This document shows, piece by piece, positions 37,242 to 49,600 of a stretch of DNA of 60,000 bases. Source of the stretch: Vicugna vicugna. Lineage: Eukaryota. The stretch lies in NCBI GenBank assembly GCA_013265495.1, contig MU057887.1, positions 1,687,985-1,747,984 on the forward strand, in the 5' to 3' direction. The notes below the pieces were generated by a model. That model worked only from the letters and a program-made list of their open reading frames with translations, had not been told where the DNA came from and ran no database searches. Position 1 is the first letter of the stretch; each line of letters starts with the position of its first letter. Both the position numbers and the translations under genes were made by a program.

Positions 37242-37560
37242 TGTCTCAGGCTGTGTGGCTGCCGTACAGGGGCGTGGAGAGGGGGAAGCGTGCTTCTCAC
37301 AGCTCTGGAGGCTGCAAGCCTGAGGTCAGGCCGCATGGCCACATTCTGGCGAGGGCTCTCTTCTGGGTTCTCGGAGACATCTTGTCCTCCTGTCCTCATG
37401 GTGTTGGGGGCGGGGTGCTCGGGGGAGTCCTCTTTTGTAAGGACACTAATCCCTCGTGGCCAGAGCACCTCCCAAAGGCCCCACCTCCTAACACCGTCGT
37501 CTGTGGGGTTGGGACGTCTGCACCCACGTTTCGTGGGGACACGTGCTCAGGCCCCTTAGC
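37242..37560 (-). mobile_element. MaLR LTR (MLT1A-like)
   Basis: ttctcacagctctggaggctgcaagcctgaggtcagg...aaggacactaatccc...cacctcccaaaggccccacctcctaacacc...gtggggacac. Confidence 0.8.
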
Positions 37561-37674
37561 CCGTTCTTCCCTTGTGAGGTGACATCAGAATCAGCAGTTT
37601 TCTATGAAGATTTGTGTGGTTTCTACTTTTTTGCTATTACTGATACTACATGCAGCATCTCTGGACATAAATTG

Positions 37675-37845
37675 TTTTTTTTTTTAGTTTTTTTTTAGGG
37701 TTTTTAAAAAAATTTTTTTAGTTTTGTTTTTCTTTTTCCTTTTTGTAACTGGAGTACAGTCGGTTACAGTGTGTCAGTTTCTGGTGCACAGCACCATGTG
37801 TCCCAGTCATGCATATGCATACATGTATTCGTTTTCATATTCTTT
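37675..37845 (-). mobile_element. Young camelid-type L1 3' end with long T-rich tail
   Basis: T-rich tract then actggagtacagtcggttacagtgtgtcagtttctggtgcacagc...gtcccagtcatgcatatgcatacatgtattcgttttcatattc. Confidence 0.82.
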
Positions 37846-40800
37846 GGAAATAAAGTCTCGGTTGCATTTTGAATTATTTTCTTGACATGCATTCCTAGAA
37901 GAGGCCTGAGACGACGGTTGGGTGCTTCTGGGTCTTGATAACGTTTGCCCGCTTGTTTACCAGGAGGATGTTTGGATGCCTGCCCTGCAGCCTCTCTGTC
38001 TTCGGGGTGTCTGGGCGTTGATTATGGGCAGGTCCCCTGTGGAGACGGGACCGACATCTGTGCCCATGTGCTGGCGTGTGCATCTTGTCCACATTTATAG
38101 GTACTTCAGTGTTTGCTTGTCTGTGAGGCCGCGCCAACTGGGGCCAGAGCTCAAAGATACTAAGTGACTCGGTGAATTAGTTGAAGAGCCAGAAGCAATC
38201 AGTACACTCTGCAGTATTGACGTTTGAGTTTTCAGCCTGCAGGAGCCTTATTCAGCGGGCCTAATTAGGAACTCGAAGAGACGAAGGGGCGTGTGTGCGC
38301 GTGTGTGGTGGAACGGCGGCTGGATTGGAGCCTGGCGGCTGCGGTCCCTGTGTTGGCGTGCGCTGCTGTGGCAGAGGCACGTTTTGATGGAGAGCCACTT
38401 CTCGGGGACGTTGCACGCAGGGCTGTCTGTTCCTGGTCCCCGAGGCGGGCGCCGGCCCGTTGGGGCTTGGTGGGCGAGGGGTCCGTCGGGGCGGTTTTCT
38501 GGAAATGCGGTGTGTGCGGTGTGTGCGGTGTCCGCGTGGCTGTCAGTCTGGTCTCTGATGCGCCCTCATGCGGAGAAGCAGCTGGTGTTTTTTATGAGCG
38601 ATGAGGAAAAGCTGCACAAGCATGAGCCGCCCCGCAAGGAAGCCCGCCCTTCCGCCGGCCCTGCTCTCTGTCAGCTGGTCCCGGTGCCACCCTCCCCTCG
38701 CTCCCCAGTCAGACCGCACATGTCTGCAGGCTTTTCCTCTGACACCAACAGTGGTGGCTCGGGTGCAGGCTTTTACGCGTTAGGTGACGGTCCCCGACAT
38801 CTCCGGAGCACTCTCCCTGGGCTGACGTGGGGGGTGGCTGAGGGTTTCAAGACAAAACTGCCCTCAAAGTCTCTCAGAACTTGGGCCTCCGATGCCCCAG
38901 ATCCGAGAATTAATCCACCCCGTTTCTCCTTGCTCTCGGACGACGGCCTCCCCTTCCTCCAGGCCGCAGCCGCTGTCCAGCTGGAGTGGTGTAGGATTGT
39001 GGGGCCACCGATGGGGGTCTCTGCTGACTCCTCCCCAAATCTCTGAGCTAAACAGACAGTTTAATGAGCTTGTGTACATTTCTTTTCATTCTAACGGTGC
39101 CCTCTGGGGTGGGCACTTCTGCTTTGAGTTTAGAAAAAAGGAGGCTTGAAGAGGTTCAGGAACTTGCCAGGGCCCTGGCCTTCCCGACCCGGAGTGCACG
39201 TCTCTGTTCCCTCGGGCAGCCAGGCGGGCGGCCCTGCCCTGCGGACCCTCCCACGCCGCCGGCCCCCGGCTCGTCCCCCACTCACTGCGGGCGCCTTGCG
39301 CCTGTGTTTTGTGCCGGCCACTGACACCTAAGCCAAGAGTTGGTTCCCCCCATTTGTGGCTTAGTGACACGCCACCGGAGTTCTCAGGTCGGATGCAGTC
39401 CTCAAGGCGGGGGTGGTGGGATCTTACCTTCCTTAATTGGGACCCTCTGTACCGCCTTTAAACCCTTCCATCAGGGAGCAAGCTTAGTTCCTTTCCACTG
39501 AAGTGCAGCTTCACAATTTTTCCTAATTCATTTCCTTTCTTCCCTGTTTTAAAGTGGAGTCACTGCTGAAGTGGGCCTGGCTCTGGCTAAGAGGGGCAAG
39601 CTGACAAGCACGTTAGTGTGCCCTTCACTTTTCACCCTCCCCGAATAAAGTGCCACGTAATCCGACAGCCGGAAACTTCAGCCGTTCAGCCCAGAGCCCT
39701 GGGGGACGTTCGGACTCATCCCGGAGTATGAAGCCCACCCAGCTCGGAGGGGGAGCGGCACCCCTGGGAGGATGTGGTGCCAGCCCTGCGTCCTCTTCCT
39801 AGAAGGACCCCAGCCCGCACACTGCAGTGGTTCCCAATTTCCCGGGCCCTGTTTGCCGGGCCTGGCCTCAGCATCCCTGTGTGATAGGGAGAGGCCCACA
39901 GAGGGGGCGGGCTGGGCTGAGAGCTCTGCCGTTCGCCTCTGGAGACCCTCATTCCCCCGCCGCCAGCTCTAGCTTGCTTTCTGAATTGTTACACTTCACT
40001 GTGTTAGAAGCAGGAATTTGCAGAATGTTTCTTACCAGATCAAATTACATCTTGTTAATACTCATTTAACAACTCCAAACACGTCATACGTCTTTGTGCA
40101 CACAGGCCACAGGCTAACTCCTCCTTAAAGTGCCACATGTGGTGGTCACAGCCTCTTAGGGACGGTTAGGGACGGGACCGTTCTCTGTGTCGGGGTCTGC
40201 CCTGTGCCACCCAGGCGGCAGGCAGCGCTGGGGAGGCCTCCCTCCGTCCCGTGTGCTGGCTGAGGGGCCAGCGGGAGAGGGAGACGGGGACCCAGCTCTG
40301 CTGTGGGGGGTCTGCAGGCAAGACCCACACCCCCCCACCCCGAGCAGCCCCCCCGGCTTAGTTTTGGGTGTGGCGTCACCTGTTCCTGGCAGCTGAGTGT
40401 TGTGTATGTTTTATTTTATTCATTGAAACTTCATTAGAATTGTAGAAACTTGCTGGCGTTTGGTTGTGAGGTCCTCATGGTGTGTTCTGTGGTCTGCTGT
40501 GTTACGTGTATTTCCAATTCAGTGTGACAACTTGGGGAAAAAAATCCCTGCTTGCCGGCTGGTAAGTTGTGAAGGAACGCCTTGTTCTGACGCGGGGAGG
40601 ATTCGTTTCTGACGCACGTGGCCACCTGTGCGTTCTTGGAGAGGGCGCGTGCTCTGCTCGCCACAGTGGGACTTTCTGACTGAAAACGGCAGCAACCGTT
40701 AGCGAGTTCGCCGCGTCAGACCGCGCTGTGTGCTTAGGGACATCCAGGTCACCCTGAAAACCCGCTTTACCGGAGGGCGCGGGGTGCGAGGTCACCCTCA

Positions 40801-41838
40801 GGTGCTGCTGTGACCGGGCTGCAGACCCCACCGCCCTGCCGCCTGTCGGGAGGAGCCTGGGACAGAGCAGGTAGGCTCTCAGTTGTGGCGGCGTGTTCTC
40901 TGGGTAGTAGTACTCCACAGTGCTGTGCACGAGTGGTGCCGATCTGTCGGGTTTTTGGTTGTTTCCCTCCGGTTCAGGTGTAAATGCAAGGACTGGGGAG
41001 GTTTTCCTTCATTTCAGTGGCCGGCTCCCCCCCCCGCGCCCCCTGCCCCGCGTCCTGAAGTCCCCCCTCCCCGAGATGGGGGGAGGGATCGCGTGCTGGG
41101 ACGGGGAGCAGGGAGTTTTCTTTTTCATCGGCAGCTGGAGGCCTGGGCATCCTTGTTTTCAAGCTGTGGCCCTGGTCTGAGCAGTATCACTTACCCTTCT
41201 CGTCGTCCTGTACTGACTGGGGAGAGACGTTGGGGGGTGGGTGGCTTGGTGGCGGCTGTTGGTTTTTGCCGCCTGCACGTCCTCCCTCCAGAAACCTTTA
41301 TTTTCTGAGACCCATGAGCCCTCACTCCTCTCTGAGCCTTTCGTGTCCATCGCCAGGCCCTGCAGGTGACGTTCTTTTCAGGACGTTCTTTTCTCCACAG
41401 AAACACGGGTCAGTCACAATTCCACCCTAGGTCCCTCTGTGCAGCGAACAGAGGTGACGTGGGGGAGCAGCTCTGGGGTGCGGTCGGGGGGCACGTGGAG
41501 GCGGGCGCAGTGGGCCCAGCTGGTGGCACAGCCCCACATGGCTCCCTGGCCGAGCTCTCAGGAGTCCTCCACCAACAGCTTGGAAAACGCAGGTGGCGCC
41601 ACAAGTCTGGAGAGGAAGCCTGGGTGAGGGTCACCCCCTACCCCCACCCCAGGCCAGCCTTTCGAGTCCCCTCTAGTGACCTCCAGTGCCAGGCAGGGGC
41701 GAGGACGCCTGGCGAGCAGAACATGAGGCAGGCTGTCGGGTGGGGACAAGGGCTGTCGGGTGGCTGCTGGAGCTCAGCGCGGCGGTCTCTGAATGAAGAA
41801 CGGGATGGGAACGGGCCTTGCAGGCGGACCTCTTGTGG

Positions 41839-41873
41839 GCATGGACACCAGCCAGCATGGACACCAGCCAGCA
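41839..41873. repeat. 16-bp tandem duplication
   Basis: GCATGGACACCAGCCA x2 plus a partial copy. Confidence 0.9.
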
Positions 41874-42403
41874 GAGACCAGCAGAGCAGAAAGCAGTCCT
41901 GAGCATTTACTGACCGACCAAGGACGTCTTCACGAGCTGCTCCGACTGGGCCTGAAGTGCCTGGTCAGCTTTAAACTCCAAGGGAAAACAATTACTGTCC
42001 CAAAACCAAACAACAGAAGCTCATCATCAACTAACAGACTAAGCAGACCTGGGGACTGTTGAAAGTTTTGTCCATTTCTGGAAGTGGACCGTCAGTCTCA
42101 GGATTCCTGCTTTGTCCCTCATGAGCACAGCGCTGGGTTTTCTTGGTCAGGGCTGTCGGGTTCCCTGGTGGGCCCACGCGAAGGGCGAGGGGCTTTGTTC
42201 AGGCTACAGGCGTGTCCTGGGGTCGCCCTCGTGTTGGAGAGGGTGTGGACCTTCGGGGACGACCATGTGACCCAATTTTAGTTTTGGAGTTTCCGGTTTG
42301 AACATCTCAAAACTGTGCAAGGCTTGATGTTTGATGACTTTAATTCTGTTCTTCAAAGATCGAGGAGAAAAGTCTACTTATTTTTGAAAAATAGAATAAA
42401 ATC

Positions 42404-43836
42404 CATTCTCTTGCAGCTACCATATGGGTCCATTGGACCTTTTTATAAACCTGAGATACAGTGTTAGATCATAGTAATTGTAGTTTTTTTCCTGTGTCTT
42501 AAAATATTTTGCTATTGTATCATCCTAGGAATTATTTTATCATTACTCATCAATTATTCCTAACTGTGGTTAAAAAAAAAAGACTAAAATAATAAGAGAA
42601 TGGAAGACTAGGAGATGGAATCATCTAGAAGGATGTGTGGTAGAGAAATAGACCTTCCCTTCTGTATGATCCTTCAGTTTCCGTGCTGTGTTCCCCAAGT
42701 AGTTGCGTTATCTTTCAAGAAGGTGTAAAGAAGTCTGGAGACATTTTTTGTATCTTTTTTGGGAAGCTTTTATTGAACATACTAGATAATTTAGAACTTT
42801 TATACTTTTCACCCGTAATGACAAAGAGAGGAAAATTGGCAGAGGAAGGTGTTTCTCCATTATTAGATGGACCAGGAGATGAATGCAGAGAGACGGAGGG
42901 CAGCCCTCTAGATGCTAATGGTGATGGCGGAATCGATCATTTAAGCAGATTCTCAGACTGGGTTTTCAGCTGAAGGTATCTCAGATGAATTTTCTCAAAC
43001 TCAGGCATCAGTGAGTGAACCGTGTAACTCTTACGGACATGAAGGAATTACGGTTTTTCCTCCAATTAGTCATCCAACAGGAAGGACTTCATCACTTTAT
43101 ATCTTGTGACAAGAATGTGGACCATCCCCTTTTGCCAAAAAGATATGTGACATCTTTCATCTTGTATGATATTTGTGGACCAAACTTGGATGCAAATGGA
43201 TAAATGCTGAGAGCAGGTGTGTCTGCAGGAGGTGACTAGAAGCAGGGTGAAGAGGAAGTTGTAGAAATGAAAAAAATCTACTGGCTTGATCATTCTGCTC
43301 CGTGCGTCTCAGTTGACAAATGCAAATTCTTTGTAAGTCTGTGGCAGATAAGTGGCTCTCCTCCCTTCAACAAAAGTATTGGATTTTGGAAACAAATACA
43401 AGAAGAACTAGAAGTAACAATAAGCCGAAACTCTAACTAGAGGTGGACTTGAAACATGGTTGCATTTCAGCAATGCAAGTGCGAGAAAAACCAGAAGTCA
43501 CGACAGGCTTGGGAACTGCCAGGGATGGACTGTGATCTGTTATCAGCATTCACACACAATACGATCCAGATTCCGTCATGACAGTTAGTGAGCGATTATT
43601 TCCTTTCAGAAGATGTTGCCCATTTTATACCTTCAAAATTAGGAATATATGGGGGGAAGTTGAGTTTACTATGTTTAAAATCGTATGAAAGTTTCCAGCA
43701 TAGTTGTCTTTGACCCTCACTTTATTCTTAATTCTGTAAATTACTTGTAAAGTGACTTAAAATATGTAAAAATGAATGGGTCCCTTGGACTCTGGTGAGG
43801 AATGGTGATGGTTTTTCCCGGTAGGCTGTGGGTTCA
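42404..43836 (+). mobile_element. piggyBac-family DNA transposon fossil (Looper-like), near full length
   Basis: Subterminal hairpin ATGGGTCCATTGGACC (42424-42439) repeats as ATGGGTCCCTTGGAC (43776-43790). Right end GGG-TTCA is a degenerate GGG-TTAA. A decayed transposase lies inside. AT-rich relative to its flanks. Confidence 0.82.
42818..43672 (+). pseudogene. Decayed piggyBac transposase (N-terminal half)
   Basis: MTKRGKLAEEGVSPLLD acidic N-terminus; EMKK.TGLIIL; LHFSNASARKTRSHDRL; YDPDSVMTVSERLFPFRRCCPF..IPSKLGIYG, against the piggyBac consensus Y.P...TVDE.L..F.GRC.F..Y.P.KP.KYG. Multiple frameshifts and stops. Confidence 0.8.
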
Positions 43837-46116
43837 TGGAGGCAGCAGTGAGCAGGGCCTGGTGTCCCCAGGGCTTTCCGAGAGCCTTTCAGAGTTTAGA
43901 GTCACCGCGAGGCAGTGACAGATGGACTTCTGTGCTGCCTCTAATGTGGCTGGGCTCCAGTTCTTGTTTCTACAGCACTATGGGTGGTGGAGAGGGCCTG
44001 TGTCGCCTTCCCGAATTCAGGTGATGCTGGGAGACTTGGAGCGGCCGGGTAGGCAGTCGGTCCATGGCCGCGGGTGGCAGCGGGCCGTGCAGATTGACCA
44101 CTCCCTCTGGAGGGCTGGAGCATGTGTGCGCCTTGCAGGCAGCCAGCCGATTTTTCAAATTTAAAACTTGGTGTTGTGATAAGTTAATTGGCCAAACTGG
44201 ACCTGGATGGTAGGGCCCTTCCCGCTCTTCCTGCCGCCCCCAGAAGAAGACCGAGACCTTGGAGTTGCTTGTTTTAGCAGGAGTGCTCACCCTGGTGTGC
44301 CAGGCACCGCGTCTCACGCCTGCTTGACCTCACAGGGCTGCCAGCGCAGCTGGGGAGGCAGGCCCCTGAGCTGGGGGGCTGGCCAGGCCCCGGGCCACGC
44401 GGCTGGCTGCTCTCCGGGTCTGGACGAGGCAGTGGTGCTCGTGGGTCTTATGTCCGTTCCTCCTGCACTTGGAGTTGAGGCTGCTCCACACACTCTTTAC
44501 ATTGTATGTCGGTCAGGGAGCTGTCTTCTGCCGTGGTTTTCTTCCTTCAGCTCTGTTTTGGGTGTTCCCTCGTTCTGTATAAGGAGGCCTTTCTGCCTTC
44601 TGAAGGCCCCGGCTTCACCACTGCTGTTTGTCTCTTTGGGGAAGTTTCGGGGGCTCTCCTGCAGGTGATGAGACCTGGCTTCTCTGGTCACTGTCTTCCA
44701 GAGGCTTGGCTATGCTGCTGATGTCAGACGGCTGAGTTTTTGCTTCAGTGATCAGAATTGTATTAAAGAAGGATTCAAACCTCATTAATATTCAGGAGCC
44801 TTTCTGAATCCAGAAAGTGCCTGCGAAGCCCTCATGAGTCTAATAGACACAGCACACGTCGGTTAGGAGGGGCTCACGCCGGGCTCCCGTCTGTGCGGGA
44901 AGCGCGTCCTGCCCCAGCACTCAGCCCGCCGCCTCCTGACGGCATCCTCGCCCAGAATCGTGTGCTTTCTGTTACTCCGCTCTTCTAAATAAATCTGAGT
45001 TCCAAATAGAAAGGAAAATCAATGTAATTACTTAGGAAACTTTTCCTTAAGGGTGAGTGAATTATGAGGAAAAAATGAAGTGTCTGTCATCGGTAACCTC
45101 ATTTCAGGGCCAAGTACGAGGGACATTGATCTTGTTGTGAAGATGAGGTGTCGGTCGGTCAGTGGGAGCAGGGAGTGCCCGCACAGGCACGTCCTCCCAG
45201 CACTGCGGGCGGAAGAGCACCTGCTTCTGGGACCGATGGCAGCGGGGACGCGGCGTGGAGCAGGCCCAGGGGACTCGCGCAGGCTCGGGGCAGGAGTGTC
45301 GAGGAGGAGAGAGCTAACTGCAGTTTGCGTAACCGGGCAGAGAGGGACTAGGAGGGCGCTGCCCGCCCCACGTTGGTCTCATGAGCCCCTCCCAGCCTCC
45401 CTGTCGCGTTGTGACTATTTATTTTTTAATGTGGTGAGATTGTATTTGATGCTGATTGGATAATTTAAAAGTCTTTTAAACTTTAGACTCCTTTATTAGC
45501 ATAAAAGTCTGTAAACACCAGGCTTGATGCTTCACTTGATGCTTGATGCTTTTTGATCTTTAATAACTCAATTGAAATTGGTCTCGAGTTTTGTAAAATG
45601 AGGATACTTTCTTTTTTGTTACTGTTGCTTCTTTTTTTCCTTAAGAGGAAAAAGTGTCCTCAGAGAAGTTTGAGTGCAAAAATTTGATTTATTTTCTTTT
45701 TCACAAAACTGAAGTGTAGGTTGGTTCTTTTAAAATGGAGATACAGGTTTGTAGAGAGTAGGTTATTTCAATTTCTGCCATCGTGTGCTTGAGAGAGATT
45801 AAAGGGACAATTTGAAATGAGAAGCCATCTCTTCTAACTTTGCAACTTTACACTTTCAGCAACTGAGCCTCTCTGGAATCTGTGGGTTAGTCATGATTGT
45901 GGCTCTTAAAAGTCAAGAATCCCTGTCTTCTGGTGTGTGCAGTTTCTTTCAATTCCACAGGCTTTTATAAAATCACTCACGGTGGTAGGTTTTCAGCATA
46001 CCAAGTTATGTAAGACATGATGGCATGATTTTTGCTCTGAGGTAGTTTAAATTTCAGAAGGGATAAATGATAATTTATTATATTCATTCACTCAGCAGTT
46101 ACTGCTGGAGATTAAA

Positions 46117-46415
46117 GATGTTGCTGATTGTGATGATGGAGGTGGTGATGGTGGTGGTGATGGTGGTGGTGGTGATGATGTTGATGGTGATGATGATGAT
46201 GTCACATGATGATGATGGTGGTGGTGATGATGGTGATGGTGGTGGTGATGGTGATGGTGATGATGGTGGAGGTGATGGTGGTGATGGTGATGGAGGTGGT
46301 GATGGTGGTGATGGTGATGGAGGTGGTGATGGTGATGATGGTAATGATGTTGGTGATGATGATGATGGTGGTGGTGATGGTGGTGATGGTGGTGGTGATG
46401 GTGGTAGTGGCAGTA
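46117..46415. repeat. Compound (GAT/GGT)n trinucleotide repeat, ~300 bp
   Basis: gatggtggtgatggtgatg... array. It gives the spurious poly-His, poly-Val/Met, poly-Gly/Asp and poly-Thr/Ile ORFs. Confidence 0.95.
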
Positions 46416-46419
46416 GTCA

Positions 46420-46610
46420 ACTTCCTTTGCACCATGAGCTTTCAAAGAACTTTCCTTGTTATTATGTCACTACTCTGAGGTTGAAGCTATTTGCATCCCT
46501 ATTTTGCAATTCAGCAAACTGAGGCACAAAGAGATTAAGTACGTTGATCATGGTCTTCAAACTACTGACCGTCAGAGCCAGGGTTGACCAGCAGTCTCCT
46601 GCTGTGCTGA
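46420..46610 (-). mobile_element. MIR SINE
   Basis: catccctattttgcaattcagcaaactgaggcacaaagagattaagtacgttgatcatggtc...gtcagagccaggg is the antisense MIR core. Confidence 0.75.
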
Positions 46611-49600
46611 CGGCATTTCTCTTTTATGGGGGAAGGGGCAGCCGAATGAGCTGTGTCCTCAGGCTTCTGTCCTTTCCTCTGTGGGCCTGTATCAGGGTGG
46701 AGAGTTCACAGGGGTCCCATCTGTCAAGACAGACTCTTCACTGATGAAGTTTTGCTGACTGGTGCCTTCATGGGCTCAGCGGGCCTTTCCTGAGACGCAG
46801 CGGAGGTCAGTAGCTTGTCCACCTCCTACAGCTCAGACTTGGTTGCAGTGAGCTTCCTCTTTCAGGTTAATGTTTTGTGCGCTTTCAGCTAGGAGCTGCT
46901 CTCCTGCCCAGCTGGCAGAGCTGTGCGCTAAAGGACTTCGGTGTGAGCTGATCAGTGGTCGCAGCAGCAGGGCCATTATGTGCAATTCTAGCTGCTTGGA
47001 AGAGCAATTTTGTTAGCGCCCGGTGTTAGGATGAACCCTTCTTTCTCCTTTTGCCCCTTAGAGTTGTGAACACAGCATCTGAAAATGAGGGAATGGAGTG
47101 TTTTTGTTGAATCTACCAACCAGCTCCATTGAGGTTCATTTTCTTGGCCAGACAGGCTGGTGCGCGGCGAAGCTGCTCGCTGGTCCTGCCTGCGCGGTGA
47201 ACACTGTGTCTCGGACGTGCTCAGCACTGACGACATCCCCCTGCTTCCTGCAGAGAGTGTCCTGTCTGGGGCTGGGGGCAGCCACAACACACAGCTGCTA
47301 CCCTGCAAGACTGCGTACCACTGGTGGGCTGCGAGGGGTGGGGAGGTGGGTGTCCTCGCCACGCGGGGGCCTGGGTGTCCCCCTCCCTGGGCAGCTCAGG
47401 CCCGCCGGCCTCAGGTGACTCTACCTTCTTATCTGAAGGGCAGCACGGGGATCAGAGCTCTTTAAGCAGAAAAGATTTTGTGTACCTTTTAGCTCTTAAA
47501 TGGGCAAGTACTTGTTCCCTTGAGGACAGTTCTGATCACAGCAGGACCTACACAAACAGGACTGTAGTTTGTAGTGAACCCGTAGGGACCTGCCAGGAAG
47601 CATCAGCTCTGTACGTGGTCACAGCCCCGTACGGTTCCTCTCTCTCGGTTCTGTCCTGCTCCCCGGGGTGGGGCCTCCTCCTCCCGGCCGTGGTCACCGT
47701 CGTGGGCTTTGCTGCTGTCCCCTCACTGCGGTGCACCAGCCAGTGACTGCGGGCCACATCTGTTCCGTGGGACGGCTTCTGCTCAGCTCGGTTTGGGGAG
47801 CCTTTGATGCAGGTGCAGGGGTGTCTCCTGACTGTGCTCTTTGTCCCTGTGTGGGGCAGCGGCTGCAGCGTCTCGAGACGGAAGAATGGTTGTTTAAACT
47901 CAGCGCATCCCTCCCTGCTGCTCAGAGACCCTGTGAAGCAGGCAGGGGCTGTCAGTCCCCCTGGAAGCAAGATCGTCTTGCAGACGCTGCCAAGCAGAGG
48001 TGCACGAGGTGGGTCGGAAAGGCCAGGAGAGGCACGCCATCGACATGTTTATGGTGCAGATTCAACCCTACATGCTGGGCCAGCACGAAGACATGCACAC
48101 ACACCCATGCACACACCCCTGTGCACACCCCCACCCCCATCCCGTGCACACACACCCCTCGTGCACACAGGGTTGGGTTGACTGGTTTGGAGGTAGACCT
48201 GAAAGTTTTGCTGAGAGCTTGGGTGAAGTGGAGAGAGTGGTTAGGGGGGACCCCAGGCTTTCCCTCCCCAGCAGGAAGGGATGGCATCGCCTCTTCCAGA
48301 GGAGATGGGCGGGGAGGGCCACGGTGAGGAGCCCAGTGTCACTCTCGTGTCAGAACGCCGCTGGTCTTGGCCTTCTCCTCCCCAGGAGCTGTGGATTTGG
48401 GCCCTTTTTCAGGTCTGCGTCCACCATGAACGTCCACCTTCTCCAGGGCAGGTGGCCAAGGCTGAGGCTCTGCGCCCTGCTGGCTCTCTCTTTCCTGCCC
48501 AAGGTCAGGGCCAGCTCCGTCCTCTGAGCTCCCTGCTCTTGGTTCACAGTTGGAGCTCAGGGACCCGAGTCAGGAGATTCCGGGCCAGTGTGACGAGAGT
48601 GGTGGCAGCTTCCATTGGTGAGGTGGTCGTTGGAGACCAGTGCAGACGGCGGATAGATGCTGGCGGGACGCTGGTGAAGAAGAGACATCTGTGCATCTTC
48701 CAGATGCTTGTGCGTGTGGAAGGGCTGGAACAGCAGCCCCCGCCCCTCAGCTCCGCCGCTCGTCTCTCTGGGCTCTGAATGAGCTGAGTTCTGCTGTTCT
48801 TTCTCTCCAGGGATTTCTGGGGCCCACGCTCCTTGTAGATACGCGGGAAACGGTGTTGTGCTGAGACGTGTGCGAGCCTGCAGCCGTGCAGAGGGATGTG
48901 GGCGCTTGTAGGTATCTGTGGGTGGAAACAGCCCAGTGGCTCCCCAGCCTTCACCTGCCCCTGCGCGCAGCCTCGGGCCCGCCTGCCCTTTGCGTCTCTG
49001 CCTGAGACCTGCCGCCTGTGAAACGGGCGGTTCTTCCCGGCTTTCCGTCTCGCTGGGAGGCTGATGACTGAGTATGTGTACAGTGGTGCGTAGTCTTTGA
49101 AGTCAAATCACAAAGCACATGTGCATTATTATTATGGCTCTAATGGTATTTATATTTAAATCATCGTTATTGCAATAATCTACCATTTTGCCAATAAAAC
49201 ACAAAACCACTTCAGAAGAGCATTCTAAAATGGTAGCGTTTTCTGGGGCTGGTCAGCAGCGTCTAATTTGGGGCCTTCACAGTTGGCTTCGTGATTCATG
49301 TATTATGTATTTGCACAGAATAATCAAGGGTGTGCCGTGTTGCCCAGGGCAGCGAGTGTGGGAAACGCACACTTGGTGCAGTTGCGCTGAGCGAGCGCCC
49401 GGCCGCCTGCGTTGACGCGGTTGCGTTTCACGCGGGGCGGGGCTGCCAGCAGCCTTTGGTGCTGGTTCTGAGCCCGCGAGGCTGGGCCTTGGGGCAACGT
49501 GTCATCAGGGCCGAGTGCCTGCTGTCAGCTGTGCGGTTACGGCCGAGCCGTGCGGTGGGCCAGCAGCTCAGCGGGGCGGCTTTTTTCCTTCCGGGTACGT

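Noticed and set aside
46067..46522. Poly-His, poly-Val/Met and Gly/Asp-rich ORFs
   Set aside because: Direct translations of the GAT/GGT simple repeat, with no evidence of exon structure.
48811..48911. Possible cryptic/poison exon (ttctttctctccAG ... TAG|gtatct)
   Set aside because: Weak donor and no similarity to TBC1D22A. Such pseudo-exons are common in long introns and cannot be supported without RNA data.
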